A stretch of 64,000 bases of DNA, from the NCBI GenBank assembly GCA_050287085.1, contig JBNKBE010000005.1:64001-128000 (forward strand). Reading direction: 5' to 3'. The notes under the pieces were generated by a model that did not search any database, was not told the DNA's origin, and saw only the letters and a list, made by a program, of their open reading frames with translations. The translations under genes and the position numbers were made by a program. This stretch comes from Polyangiaceae bacterium (GTDB taxonomy: Bacteria > Myxococcota_A > Polyangia > Polyangiales > Polyangiaceae). Shown here piece by piece: positions 29,881-39,988 of this stretch (position 1 is its first letter; each line of letters starts with the position of its first letter).

Positions 29881-31770
29881 GTGAACCCCTCTCGCTTGCC
29901 ACCAGCCGCAGAAGCCCATCTTGGTCCGCTGCTCGCAGCGGCCGTGCTAAGTCCACTGGACTATCAGCTCGCCTCGACGCTGCTGGCCCGAGGTCGAGAG
30001 GAGCGCCCGGAGGTGGCCCTTGCCATCGCCTTCACGAGCCGTCAACTACGCTTGGGTCACGTATGCCTAGATCTTAGGAGTGGCAGCTTTCTCGCGGAGG
30101 GTGCGATCGCCCCCGAGGTCGACCTAACCGGACTACCTCCGCTAGGGCAGTGGCTCGCAGCCCTGCGTACAAGCCCTCTCGTAGGCCCTATAGAAGGCTC
30201 CGCAACACCTCTGGTGCTGGACACCGAAGGGCGCCTTTACCTGGCTCGCTACGCTCGCTACGAAAGCAGGTTGGCAACGCAGGTCCTCGCCCGACTGGGT
30301 TCACCCGCAGCCGCCGATCCGACGATCAAAGCGGCGTTGCTGCGGCTATTCCCGCAGACTGCCCGTGGCGGCACGAATCTCCAGCGCCTTGCTGCGCTGA
30401 CTGCGGCACATGGCGCACTGACCATCATTAGCGGGGGGCCCGGCACTGGCAAAACCTACACGGTGGCGCGCTTGTTGGCGCTTCTGGTGGAAAGCTGTCA
30501 GCAAAGAACAACGCTCCGCATTCATCTAGTCGCTCCGACCGGCAAGGCCGCCCAGCGGCTCGGCGAATCGATGGCCGCAACGGTTAGCAGTCCATCCTTC
30601 GCGGTGGACGACGAGGTCCGCCGGGCACTCGACATCACCCCCACTACCGTACACCGCCTACTCGGATATCAGCCGCGCACCCCTACCCGCTTCCGTTACA
30701 ACAGCGACAACCCAATACCCGCCGATATCGTATTGGTTGACGAGGCCTCTATGGTTGACGTCGCGCTGATGAGCAAACTCGTAGACGCCATTCCACTTGA
30801 CGCAAAGTTGATCCTTCTGGGCGATAAGGACCAGCTCGCGAGCGTAGAAGCTGGAGCCATTCTGGGCGACATGTGCCAAGGACATTCGGGACAGTACTCA
30901 TCGCACTTTGCCCAATACGTGGCCGCGATGACGGGTGACACCATCCCTTCGAGCCCCGAGCTTCCGGCGGGTGGGCTGGCGGATTGCATCGTGCAGCTCA
31001 CCGAGAGCCGACGCTACAGCAGCACTAGCGGCATTGGCCGTTTGGCGAATGCCATCAACCGTGGAAGCCCCGGCGACGCCTTGGCAGCCGTGCATGAGTC
31101 CGACGACATTGCTCTTTGCACGAACGCCGAGGCTGAACGTCTCCCACCCGAGCTCGCCCAGATGGTGCTCGGCGCCTTCGCCGGCTACCGTGGAGCTGCG
31201 GTCGAAACGCGGCTGAAGATGCTTCAACGCCTCGGTCTTCTCTGTGCTCATCGACGCGGACGTTTCGGCGTGGACACCTACAACCGAGCGATTGAGAAGC
31301 TTCTTGCTGCTAATGCTGAACTGCTCCTCGACACAGAGTTCTACGACGGCCGTCCTGTCATGATCACCGAAAACGACTACGGCCAGGAGTTGTTCAACGG
31401 CGATATCGGCGTAGTGGCCCACGAAGCGACGAGCGGGCGCCGGCGGGTGTTCTTCCCTCGTGGCGATGGAAGCCTGCGCTGGCTCTCACCCTCGCGCTTG
31501 CCCCCGCATGAGACTGTGTTCGCCATGACCGTACACAAGAGCCAGGGGTCGGAATACGATGAGGTGGCCCTGGTGCTGCCCGCGGAAGCATCTCCCATCG
31601 TCACGCGTGAACTCGTCTACACCGGCCTGACACGTGCCCGGTACCGGGTTGCGTTGTTTGCTGACGAGGCGCTCCTACGAAGTGCCATCGCCAAGCACAT
31701 CGCGCGAGCTTCGGGCCTCGGGGACCGCCTGTGGCCGCGCCAATTCTCGGCGCCCGCGGCCAAAGTGTGA
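29881..31770 (+). CDS. recD: Exodeoxyribonuclease V alpha subunit
   Basis: LYLARY..YE, GGPGTGKT, APTGKAA, DEASM, GDKDQL, TVHKSQGSE, YTGLTRA. Confidence 0.95.
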   Translation: MNPSRLPPAAEAHLGPLLAAAVLSPLDYQLASTLLARGREERPEVALAIAFTSRQLRLGHVCLDLRSGSFLAEGAIAPEVDLTGLPPLGQWLAALRTSPLVGPIEGSATPLVLDTEGRLYLARYARYESRLATQVLARLGSPAAADPTIKAALLRLFPQTARGGTNLQRLAALTAAHGALTIISGGPGTGKTYTVARLLALLVESCQQRTTLRIHLVAPTGKAAQRLGESMAATVSSPSFAVDDEVRRALDITPTTVHRLLGYQPRTPTRFRYNSDNPIPADIVLVDEASMVDVALMSKLVDAIPLDAKLILLGDKDQLASVEAGAILGDMCQGHSGQYSSHFAQYVAAMTGDTIPSSPELPAGGLADCIVQLTESRRYSSTSGIGRLANAINRGSPGDALAAVHESDDIALCTNAEAERLPPELAQMVLGAFAGYRGAAVETRLKMLQRLGLLCAHRRGRFGVDTYNRAIEKLLAANAELLLDTEFYDGRPVMITENDYGQELFNGDIGVVAHEATSGRRRVFFPRGDGSLRWLSPSRLPPHETVFAMTVHKSQGSEYDEVALVLPAEASPIVTRELVYTGLTRARYRVALFADEALLRSAIAKHIARASGLGDRLWPRQFSAPAAKV

Positions 31771-31785
31771 ATAACTCGGGCCTCT

Positions 31786-31850
31786 GCTCATAGGTGCACT
31801 GCGCTCATAGGTGCACTGCGCTCATAGGTGCACTGCGCTCATAGGTGCAC
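31786..31850. repeat. Tandem repeat of the 17-mer GCTCATAGGTGCACTGC (3 full copies + 14 bp)
   Basis: Copies start at 31786, 31803, 31820 and 31837. The last copy holds the final codons and TGA of the minus-strand folB gene. Confidence 0.95.
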
Positions 31851-32486
31851 GGCACAGCGAAACAACCAAACGGGCTGCTCGGTCAGATTGCGAAAGACAC
31901 GCCCAGTCCCAGGCTCACAGTTCTCGGCCAAACCAGGTTCACGCGGCGTGCCGCGCTCGTCGCGCAGGGCGCCAGAGATCACCCACGAGCAGGCTCGCAG
32001 CTCAGCGGCATCCGGGTCCGGAACAGATTGCCCGGGGGCTAGAGCGTGCACCGAAAGCAAAGCGTCGCGAGTACTGATGATCGTTCCGGCGCTCTGGGGT
32101 TGGCCGCGCGCCGGCAAGCCGTAGTCGGCTCGGCACCGACGGATCCCGACGGCTGCAGCCCGCGCGCGTCCCTCAAGAGCCCCAGGCTTCTCCAATTGTA
32201 GTTCGACCGCCTCGACGTGGTGATAGGTGCCGAGGACCATCGCACACAACTCCTCAGCCGCCATCTCGACCAGCCGGTAGCGCCGAAAGAGAAGCAGTGC
32301 ACACACCTCGTTGGCGACCCGATCATAGTCGGCCGTGGCTTCGATCCGCCCGCCGATCGCCGCTTCGCGTGTACTCAGCTGAAGCCCGAGATCCAGACGA
32401 ATACGTTGCGCACGAGTACGCTCGTGGGGTCTCAGGCCCACGATGCAATCGAGCTCAAGTCCATGGATCCGCACCCAGTCGCTCAT
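31839..32486 (-). CDS. folB: Dihydroneopterin aldolase with a C-terminal cupin-like extension
   Basis: IHGLELDCIVGLRPHER..AQRIRLDL, DYDRV, LVE and LEKP, followed by about 90 extra beta-rich residues. Confidence 0.82.
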   Translation of the reverse strand: MSDWVRIHGLELDCIVGLRPHERTRAQRIRLDLGLQLSTREAAIGGRIEATADYDRVANEVCALLLFRRYRLVEMAAEELCAMVLGTYHHVEAVELQLEKPGALEGRARAAAVGIRRCRADYGLPARGQPQSAGTIISTRDALLSVHALAPGQSVPDPDAAELRACSWVISGALRDERGTPREPGLAENCEPGTGRVFRNLTEQPVWLFRCAVHL

Positions 32487-32523
32487 GGAGTGTTGTCCTC
32501 GCGCCGCAACACGTCTTCTCCTA

Positions 32524-32955
32524 TCAGTGGGTCACGTGCGGACGTCGCTCCGCCTCAAAAAAGGTCAGCGGCCAGACCGCACTTGCTCGCTGCCAAGGCG
32601 TATCCTCATCAAAGCGATAGTCGACACGCAGCGAGTACTCTCCCATGACCGGCGGCAAGGGCAGCCCCGTCACGCGCATGCGAAAACGTGCGCCTTCCGG
32701 ACGATGCTTGAAAACCGGACTGGACGTCTCGAGCTGCGTCGGCGCCACTAATACCCATCGAAGGTCCATCGACTGCTCCACTTCATGGGGTGTCAGCTGC
32801 CAGTAACTATGCACCTCAACGGGTACGACTTGAGTTTGACCCATAGCCTCGGCGGGAACACGCACGCGTTCCACCAGATTGAATAGGCTGGCGCTGTTGG
32901 TCTGGCGATCCACGGATGAATTCGCCGCGACCGTGAGCAGGTAGCAATGGGCCAC
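32524..32955 (-). CDS. Hypothetical beta-sandwich protein (DUF6941-like)
   Basis: SSVDRQTNSASLFNLVE and GLPLP..GEY.L.V pattern. The family call is tentative. Confidence 0.6.
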   Translation of the reverse strand: MAHCYLLTVAANSSVDRQTNSASLFNLVERVRVPAEAMGQTQVVPVEVHSYWQLTPHEVEQSMDLRWVLVAPTQLETSSPVFKHRPEGARFRMRVTGLPLPPVMGEYSLRVDYRFDEDTPWQRASAVWPLTFFEAERRPHVTH

Positions 32956-33105
32956 CCGCCGCCTCTAGCACCCGTCCCTGGATTTGCCCAGCCTGTAACC
33001 GGAGCCGAAGAGGAGACTCGCTGCCCCATGAACTCCACTGGCCCGGCGGCTCTACTCGCAGGCCGGACGCCACGCTCGAAGGAGCCCGCGCCCTCGAAAT
33101 CGCAC

Positions 33106-33687
33106 CTAGAATGACGTTCCGACGGCCCGCACCAACCTGTACACCCCCGCGCCAGATGCGAGCTGCACGGTGGCATCGATCGGCATTGCGACGAGGAGGC
33201 CGAGCAGGATACGCGTCCCGTAGAGTGCAAAGCGCCCTCGGCCACGCACGTCGCGGCTAGCGATGTAGCGCAGGCAAGTGAGCCCGCCGCAACACCACAA
33301 CCCGATGTGCAGCAGGGCGCTCCACGGTACGAATTGCCAGGTCGCCGAGAAGGTCCGCTGAGCCAAGTAGTAGATCTCCCAGGCATACTCCGGCGTGGCC
33401 AGCACCGGAAGACGAACCCACACGAGAAACGCCAGCGCGTGCGCGCCAAACAAAAGCCCCGGGATCCCCGCAACCCGAAGCACGTCGCGATAGGACGCGC
33501 GGTGCAACCCTTGCAGGGCCGCTCCAAGCAGGGGCAGATAGATGGCTGCGACTTCCAACGCAAACACCACTCGGGGCGCACGAGCACCCAGCGCCAGTCC
33601 CAGCGCGCTCGGACCGAGCTCAGCCGCAAGCGCCAAGCCCGCGCCCTCCACAACCCACGCCCCAAGGGCAAACTGCAACAATCGCAT
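33106..33687 (-). CDS. Hypothetical integral membrane protein
   Basis: Several hydrophobic helices; fills the gap between neighbouring genes without overlap. Confidence 0.5.
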   Translation of the reverse strand: MRLLQFALGAWVVEGAGLALAAELGPSALGLALGARAPRVVFALEVAAIYLPLLGAALQGLHRASYRDVLRVAGIPGLLFGAHALAFLVWVRLPVLATPEYAWEIYYLAQRTFSATWQFVPWSALLHIGLWCCGGLTCLRYIASRDVRGRGRFALYGTRILLGLLVAMPIDATVQLASGAGVYRLVRAVGTSF

Positions 33688-33748
33688 CTCTTTGACCCCG
33701 CCCACTCCTGGGCCTGGTATACCGCCTCACGCCCCCCCACGAGCCAGC

Positions 33749-35656
33749 ATGATTCGCGATCTCAAGTGGCCTACGGGCCTGCGCCCGGATTGGAAGCGAC
33801 TATCGGCCAGTGTGTTGGTGGCTCTTGGGGTCCTAGCCTGCAAGAGTGCGCAGCCGAGCCGGGCCATCCCCGAAGTGGCGGTCTCAAACAGCCGTGGCGC
33901 AGAGAGCCACTTTCAGTCGCTGTCGGCCGCTTGGCATGAACGCGGCGAACAAGGTCGCGGCGAGCTCGAAACAAGCTTTCGCAGCTTCTTGAAACTCTAC
34001 CCAAACGACGGGGCCGCCGCCCGCGCACGTGTGTACTTGGCTTGGATTCTTGCGCGCAAGGGCAAGCTGCTAGAGGCGCAACGCCTGAACGAAGCCGCCC
34101 GCCGCGGACGTCTTGGGACGACGCGTGACTTTGCAACTGTAGTCGAGGCCTCTTTGTTGATCGGTCATGCCCGGCCTCAGGAAGCGCTGAAGGCACTGCG
34201 CGCCCTGCAAGGCAAGATCATCGATCCGGTGGAGCGCTTCCTGGCCACCCAGGAGCTCGTCACCGCAACGATGGCGGCGCGCCTGTATGCCGAATGCCTG
34301 CTCTACATGGTAGATTGGGTCGAGCAGGCCCCTGCCGAACGGGAGGAAGACGTCCGCGCCGGAATTCGGTCGCGACTGTACAGCATGCCGGTGAGGGTGC
34401 TGCGACGTGCTCTGGAAGACTACGCCCAAACCCGGAAGGATGCGCGCGAGTCTCGCATCCAAACCCGCGGGGAGCTCGAAAACGAGTGGCTCTTCGAACA
34501 GGTCACCGAACGCCTCGTGAGCGTCGCCCTGGACTCGGGCGACGCAGAGCTCGCAGAGCAGGTGATCGAGCAAAGCCCCGAGCTTAACCCTTCCGATTCC
34601 TCCGAAGAGCTCGCACGACTCGCCAGCGGCGGGCGACCCGAGCCGCGCGTTCGGCAAGACACGCTCGGCTTCGTCCTGCGCACGGCCGATCGCAACGCGA
34701 TCCGACGTTCCACACAAGTGGTTGCCGGGCTCAGCTTTCAGCTCGGTTCAGACATCGAACTCCTCTCCGCCGAGGACGATGGGGGCATGGGCGCAGTTGA
34801 AGAGGCTTTCGCGGAGCTCGCGGCCCAAGGCGCATCACTCATTGTGGCGGGCGTTGATGAACCGAGCGCCGCCGCGGCGGCTCGCGCCGCGCAACGACTG
34901 AAGCTGCCAACGCTACTGTTGTCCGAACAGGTCACGATCGACGGCGAGTACTTCCTCGGCATCGGCAGCTCTGAGTTTACTCAAATGACATTTGTCGAAC
35001 GCGCGCTCGTCGCGCGCCAACTCGTCCCCTACCGCGTCATAGACAGCTCGGAAGCCCATTGTCCCGTATCCGAAGTGGGCTCCTGGCGCCAGGAAGGCAT
35101 CGCCACCATCGCCCTGCTACGCGCAGACGACTGCGCCGAAAGGATCCTCGTCGCCTGCCGGGAAAGCCGCCGCTGTCCGGCCTTGACGTTTGGACTGTTT
35201 GCCGCGCCGCTGCGCGCCACGCTCAGCCCCGACTGGCAACTGAGGGCAGGAGGCTTCCCGTGGGACGGCACAGGGCCGCAGGCGGAGCCGCAACGCGCTA
35301 ACTGGCGGGCGCGGATCGGACGACCGCCGTCGTGGTTCGAAGCCCTGGGTCGCGACGCTGGGGTGCTCTCTCAGAAGGCCCTCCGCGACGCCGAAGTCAT
35401 CACCTCAAGCGACGCTGGGGTGGTCGCTGCGACCCACAACCGCCTCGTACAAGTCCTGGCATCGAGCCACACCTCCGACTTGTGGACCAGCCAGGAAGGA
35501 CGCTTCGATGAGTCACTGCGGCTCATTCGTCAGCTCACACTCGAAAGTCGCGACGAAGCCGAGTCTCACCCTCCGAGCGCTCGGACGCCCGGACATGGGT
35601 TCCCGAAAGGCACCAACCCCATCGAGAAACTCAACATCGCCAAACACTTGAACTAG
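33749..35656 (+). CDS. Lipoprotein with a TPR-like N-terminus and a type-1 periplasmic-binding-like C-terminus (LpoA-like architecture)
   Basis: Lipobox VLAC, a helical region FLKLYPND..AARARVYLAW, and a C-terminal region LGFVL...GASLIVAG...ALGRDA. Function is inferred. Confidence 0.6.
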   Translation: MIRDLKWPTGLRPDWKRLSASVLVALGVLACKSAQPSRAIPEVAVSNSRGAESHFQSLSAAWHERGEQGRGELETSFRSFLKLYPNDGAAARARVYLAWILARKGKLLEAQRLNEAARRGRLGTTRDFATVVEASLLIGHARPQEALKALRALQGKIIDPVERFLATQELVTATMAARLYAECLLYMVDWVEQAPAEREEDVRAGIRSRLYSMPVRVLRRALEDYAQTRKDARESRIQTRGELENEWLFEQVTERLVSVALDSGDAELAEQVIEQSPELNPSDSSEELARLASGGRPEPRVRQDTLGFVLRTADRNAIRRSTQVVAGLSFQLGSDIELLSAEDDGGMGAVEEAFAELAAQGASLIVAGVDEPSAAAAARAAQRLKLPTLLLSEQVTIDGEYFLGIGSSEFTQMTFVERALVARQLVPYRVIDSSEAHCPVSEVGSWRQEGIATIALLRADDCAERILVACRESRRCPALTFGLFAAPLRATLSPDWQLRAGGFPWDGTGPQAEPQRANWRARIGRPPSWFEALGRDAGVLSQKALRDAEVITSSDAGVVAATHNRLVQVLASSHTSDLWTSQEGRFDESLRLIRQLTLESRDEAESHPPSARTPGHGFPKGTNPIEKLNIAKHLN

Positions 35657-35657
35657 A

Positions 35658-36143
35658 TTGTTCATGTTCATGTCAGTCCCGAGTGAGCTCAAGTTTTCCC
35701 TAGAAACGCGCCGTGCAACGCGCAAGCTGGGTGAACATCTAGGCGACGTCCTCCGCCCCGCTGACCTGGTCGTTCTCAGCGGGGAGTTGGGGGCGGGCAA
35801 GACCTTTCTGGTGCGCGCGCTAGCGCGCCGCATGGGCCTCCCACACGAGTACCCAGTCACCAGCCCGACCTTTGCCCTGCTCCAAGAACTCGAAACAAGC
35901 CCCCCGCTGGTACACGCGGATCTCTATCGCCTGGGAGCCGAAGAAAGCGTGAGCGAGCTAGGCCTCTGGGAGCACCGCAACGAGGGAGCCATCGTCATCG
36001 TAGAATGGGGAGAACCCTTTGTCGCCCAGTTGGGCGGGGATGCATTGGTGATAGCGCTCGACCTATCGCCGCGAAGCGCCCGCGTCAGCGCGACGGGCGA
36101 GACGGCGGCCCAACGTTTGGAAGCATTGCGAAGCAAGCTCTGA
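35658..36143 (+). CDS. tsaE: tRNA threonylcarbamoyladenosine biosynthesis ATPase
   Basis: LSGELGAGKT, VTSPTF, HADLYRL, IVEW. Confidence 0.95.
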   Translation: MFMFMSVPSELKFSLETRRATRKLGEHLGDVLRPADLVVLSGELGAGKTFLVRALARRMGLPHEYPVTSPTFALLQELETSPPLVHADLYRLGAEESVSELGLWEHRNEGAIVIVEWGEPFVAQLGGDALVIALDLSPRSARVSATGETAAQRLEALRSKL

Positions 36144-36164
36144 CGGCAAGCTCTGCGCGCCAAT

Positions 36165-37055
36165 TCAGCGCTGCAGGCGTCGGTAGACAGATTCGACCTC
36201 CGCGCTCTTCGTCGCCACCGCCCCGCCCTCCCGGGTCAGGTAGTGCACGCGGGAGTAGCCGGCAGCCGCGATGGCCTCCAGGCACGCGTCCAGTCCGCCG
36301 CCCACGTCCTGCGGACCGTGGCTGTCGTCACCCAACGTGACTGGAATGTCCATCTGACAAGCCCTAGCCAAGATCGTCGGCCCTGGGTAGACCGGACCAA
36401 ATCCGCGACGTACCGGAGCAGCATTGACCTCCAGCAATGCGCCCTGAGCCCGCGCCGCTTCCAGCGCTCGCTCGATGGCCCTCCACACGTTTGGAACGAA
36501 CTCGACGTCGTGCCCCTTGAAGCGACGGATCAGATCGAGATGGCCCAGCACCTCTGGGCGCAGCTCCGTGGCCACCTGCACAACCTGCTCGAAGTAAGCG
36601 ATGCACAACGCGTCCCACCCGCCCGCCTGCTCCGCGAGCTCCTCAGTCAACTCGGGCTTCAAGTCGATCGGTCGCTCGAACACCGTGTGGGCGCTGCCGA
36701 TGATGAAGTCCGCGTGGTAGACGCGCCGCAGGCTAGCGGTGTGCTCTCGCCATCCGTTCGCCGGAATCACCTCCGACTCAAAGCCCACCAACAGCTCGAT
36801 GCGAGATGCAAATTCCGCCTGCAGCCGGCGAGCCTCCGCCATATAACCCTCGAACTGCGCCACGAGCCCCTCCGGCCCAAGATCCTCTTCACCCGGAAAA
36901 AGGTCCATTGTCCGCAGACGCGGACAGTGTTCGGCCAGGCCGTAGGTTGAAAACCCCAGCTCGCACGCTCGCTCTACGACGGCCCGGAGCGCGCCTTTGG
37001 CGTGACGACAGTACTGCCCACTGTGACCTCCGTGGTAGCTGAATAGCGGCGACAT
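36165..37055 (-). CDS. PHP-family histidinol-phosphatase (HisJ/HisK type)
   Basis: HGGHSGQYCRHA, EH.PR, GFESE, GSAH, GHLD, EVN, GDDSH. Confidence 0.85.
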   Translation of the reverse strand: MSPLFSYHGGHSGQYCRHAKGALRAVVERACELGFSTYGLAEHCPRLRTMDLFPGEEDLGPEGLVAQFEGYMAEARRLQAEFASRIELLVGFESEVIPANGWREHTASLRRVYHADFIIGSAHTVFERPIDLKPELTEELAEQAGGWDALCIAYFEQVVQVATELRPEVLGHLDLIRRFKGHDVEFVPNVWRAIERALEAARAQGALLEVNAAPVRRGFGPVYPGPTILARACQMDIPVTLGDDSHGPQDVGGGLDACLEAIAAAGYSRVHYLTREGGAVATKSAEVESVYRRLQR

Positions 37056-37163
37056 CAAGGCGAATAGTAGACGCAATCACGAGCAGACGGACCGCAAAAT
37101 GCCAGCAAACGCCCCGGCCCTCCCGCTGATCGGCGGCTTGATACTGCGCAGCCGGTCACGCGT

Positions 37164-39737
37164 ATGTTAGGCGAAGCCATGACATCGCCTTCCGAGCGTG
37201 CACCTCTCGAACGTCGCCTTCCCGGCAAGGGAGTGGAGGCCACGGCGGAGCTCCTACTGGAGCGCTTCATGGCGTACTCCGAAGAACGGGGACTCGAACT
37301 GTACCCAGCTCAAGAAGAGGCGATCCTGGAGCTCTTCGACGGCCACAACGTGATCCTGAAGACGCCCACCGGCTCCGGCAAGAGCCTGGTCGCATTGGCT
37401 GCCTGCTACAAGGCGTTGGCTGAACGGAAGTTCGCCTTCTACACGGCCCCTATCAAAGCGCTCGTCACTGAGAAGTTCTTCGAGTTGTGCCGCGTCCTGG
37501 GTGCCGACAACGTCGGCATGATGACGGGCGACGCGGCGGTCAATACGGACGCGCCGATCATCTGCTGCACTGCGGAGATCCTCGCAAACCTCGCGCTGCG
37601 CGAAGGCGCACGTGCGCAGGCCGACATGGTTGTGATGGACGAGTTCCACTACTACGCCGACCGCGACCGGGGCAGCGCATGGCAACTGCCGCTGCTGACG
37701 CTGACGCAGGCGCGCTTTTTGCTGATGAGTGCGACCCTTGGCCAGACAGACTTCTTTCTCCGCTGTCTAGAGGACCTCACTGGAATCCCCACCCGCCTGG
37801 TGAGTTCCGCAGAGCGCCCGGTTCCACTCGACTTCAGCTACAGCGAAGTCCCTGTACAGGATAAGATCCTCAGCCTGAATGAGAACGGTCTGACGCCGAT
37901 CTACATCGTTCACTTCTCGCAGCGTGCGGCATGCGAAGCAGCTCAGAACCTCATGAGTTGCAATTTCATCGACAAAGAGCGGAAGCGGGCCATCGCCGAC
38001 CAGCTGAAAGGTTTCAGATTCGATAGCCCATTCGGCAAGGAACTGTCCCGCTTTGTCCGTCACGGCGTCGGGGTTCACCACGCTGGAATGCTCCCCAAGT
38101 ATCGGCGCTTGGTCGAAAGGCTCGCGCAAAGCGGATTGCTCAGTATCATCTGCGGAACTGACACGCTTGGTGTGGGCGTAAACGTGCCAATTCGGACAGT
38201 GCTGTTCACCCAGCTATGCAAGTTCGATGGAGACAAGACAAAGATTCTAACCGTTCGTGACTTTCATCAAATAGCGGGAAGAGCGGGCCGGCGCGGATTC
38301 GACACGCGCGGCAGCGTGGTCGTGCAAGCGCCGGAGCATGAAATCGAAAACCGAATCATGCGCGACAAGGCCGCGGACAACCCGAAGAAGCTGAAGAAGC
38401 TGCGCTCCAAGAAGCCCCCCGACCGAGGTTACTCGCCCTACGACGCCCAAACGATGCAGCGCCTCATCGAGTCCGAGCCCGAAGCATTGGTGCCTCAGTT
38501 TCGCGTCAATCAGGGCATGCTGCTAAACGTGCTAGCCGGTGAAGACGGCTGTCGACGAGCCAAGGCTCTGGTGCGCGGCTGCCACGAGCCACCCGCTGGG
38601 CGACGGCGCCTGCTGAAGCGCGGCATGGACCTATTTCGCTCGCTCGTTACATCGGGCGTTCTGGAGCTGACGTCCGAAGGCGTTCAGATCAACGCCGATC
38701 TGCAGCAGGACTTTTCCTTGCACCAAGCGCTGTCTCTGTGGGCGCACGAGGTACTCGACACCCTCGATCCGGAGCTTCCCACTCATCCGCTCACTGTGCT
38801 TTCGGTCTTGGAGGCGACGCTCGAAACCCCCTACGCCGTCATCTACAAGCAGATCGATGCCCTGAAGAAGCAGCGATTGGCGGAGTTGAAAGCCGAAGGC
38901 GTGCCCTACGAAGAGAGGCTCGAAGAACTCGAGCGCATTGAGGCCCCAAAGCCAGAAGCGGATTTCATCTACGGGACGTACAATCTGTTCAAGCAACAAC
39001 ACCCCTGGGTCGCAGAGCACAACATTGCCCCTAAGTCCATCGCGCGGGACATGTACGAGCAGGCCGCGAGTTTCAACGTTTACGTCAAAGACTACGGATT
39101 GTCCCGCCTCGAAGGTGTGCTGCTGCGCTACCTCAGCGACGTGTATCGAGCGTTGCGCCAAAGCGTGGCCGAACAGCACAAGACTGCTGGTATTGCAGAA
39201 CTAGAGGACTGGCTAGGAGCGGAGCTACGAGCCGTGGACGCGAGCCTCATCGACGAGTGGGAGCAGCTTCAGCACCCGCAAACAATGCTCGAACGCCGCC
39301 CACAACAACCCGCCAACGACGACATCACCCAGGACGCCAAAGCGTTCGACATCCTGCTTCGAAACGCGAGCTTTCGATTGGTCCAGGCCCTCGCTCGCCG
39401 AGACTTCGACCGTGCCATCCGCTTGCTTTCCGACATGGCCGGCGAGGATGCTAAGTACCCGAAGGATCCGAAAGGTGACGCCTGGACCCCGGAGCGACTA
39501 GCTGAGGCTCTGGCGCCTTATTTTCAGGAGCACGACTACATCGCAGTCGACGGAAATGCGCGCAGCGCGGCGCGCAGCACGATAGAGCGTACCCCAGCGC
39601 GGACTAGCCTCCGGCAGACCCTCAGTGACCCCGCGGACAATCTGGACTGGTACTTTGAGCTGAGCGTGGATCTGGCGGCGAGCGCCGAAGCGTCTCAGGT
39701 GGTCGCGTCACTGACGCTCGTGACCGTTGAGCCCTAG
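37164..39737 (+). CDS. Ski2/HelY-like SF2 helicase with DUF3516
   Basis: TPTGSGKS, DEFH, SAT, HHAG, GTDTLGVGVN, QIAGRAGRRG, and C-terminal EGVLLRYLSD / DASLIDEWE. Confidence 0.9.
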   Translation: MLGEAMTSPSERAPLERRLPGKGVEATAELLLERFMAYSEERGLELYPAQEEAILELFDGHNVILKTPTGSGKSLVALAACYKALAERKFAFYTAPIKALVTEKFFELCRVLGADNVGMMTGDAAVNTDAPIICCTAEILANLALREGARAQADMVVMDEFHYYADRDRGSAWQLPLLTLTQARFLLMSATLGQTDFFLRCLEDLTGIPTRLVSSAERPVPLDFSYSEVPVQDKILSLNENGLTPIYIVHFSQRAACEAAQNLMSCNFIDKERKRAIADQLKGFRFDSPFGKELSRFVRHGVGVHHAGMLPKYRRLVERLAQSGLLSIICGTDTLGVGVNVPIRTVLFTQLCKFDGDKTKILTVRDFHQIAGRAGRRGFDTRGSVVVQAPEHEIENRIMRDKAADNPKKLKKLRSKKPPDRGYSPYDAQTMQRLIESEPEALVPQFRVNQGMLLNVLAGEDGCRRAKALVRGCHEPPAGRRRLLKRGMDLFRSLVTSGVLELTSEGVQINADLQQDFSLHQALSLWAHEVLDTLDPELPTHPLTVLSVLEATLETPYAVIYKQIDALKKQRLAELKAEGVPYEERLEELERIEAPKPEADFIYGTYNLFKQQHPWVAEHNIAPKSIARDMYEQAASFNVYVKDYGLSRLEGVLLRYLSDVYRALRQSVAEQHKTAGIAELEDWLGAELRAVDASLIDEWEQLQHPQTMLERRPQQPANDDITQDAKAFDILLRNASFRLVQALARRDFDRAIRLLSDMAGEDAKYPKDPKGDAWTPERLAEALAPYFQEHDYIAVDGNARSAARSTIERTPARTSLRQTLSDPADNLDWYFELSVDLAASAEASQVVASLTLVTVEP

Positions 39738-39988
39738 GGCCCGCGGTTGGGAAGTCAGTCGCGCGCCGGTCGAGACCGGGCGCGTGAGGGGCGAGCACCG
39801 CAAGGCCACTGGAACATCGTAGCATCAGGTCGACCCCAGGGGTGAGGCCGTCCGAAGGACTTTGCCCTCGCCAATGACGAGCGGCCCAAAGTCTGCGCCC
39901 CTGCGCACCGCCATCGGGTACTAGCCATGCCGCCGAGCTGGCAAGGGGCCAGGAGCGGCACTATTGTGCTGATCATCCAGGAACTTCT

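Noticed and set aside
31786..31850. Possible mini-CRISPR array next to recBCD
   Set aside because: The units are contiguous 17-mers with no spacers, they derive from the folB 3' end, and there are no cas genes.
33106..33687. Succinate dehydrogenase cytochrome b-like subunit
   Set aside because: Only a loose resemblance in helix and His spacing, and no sdhA/sdhB neighbours.
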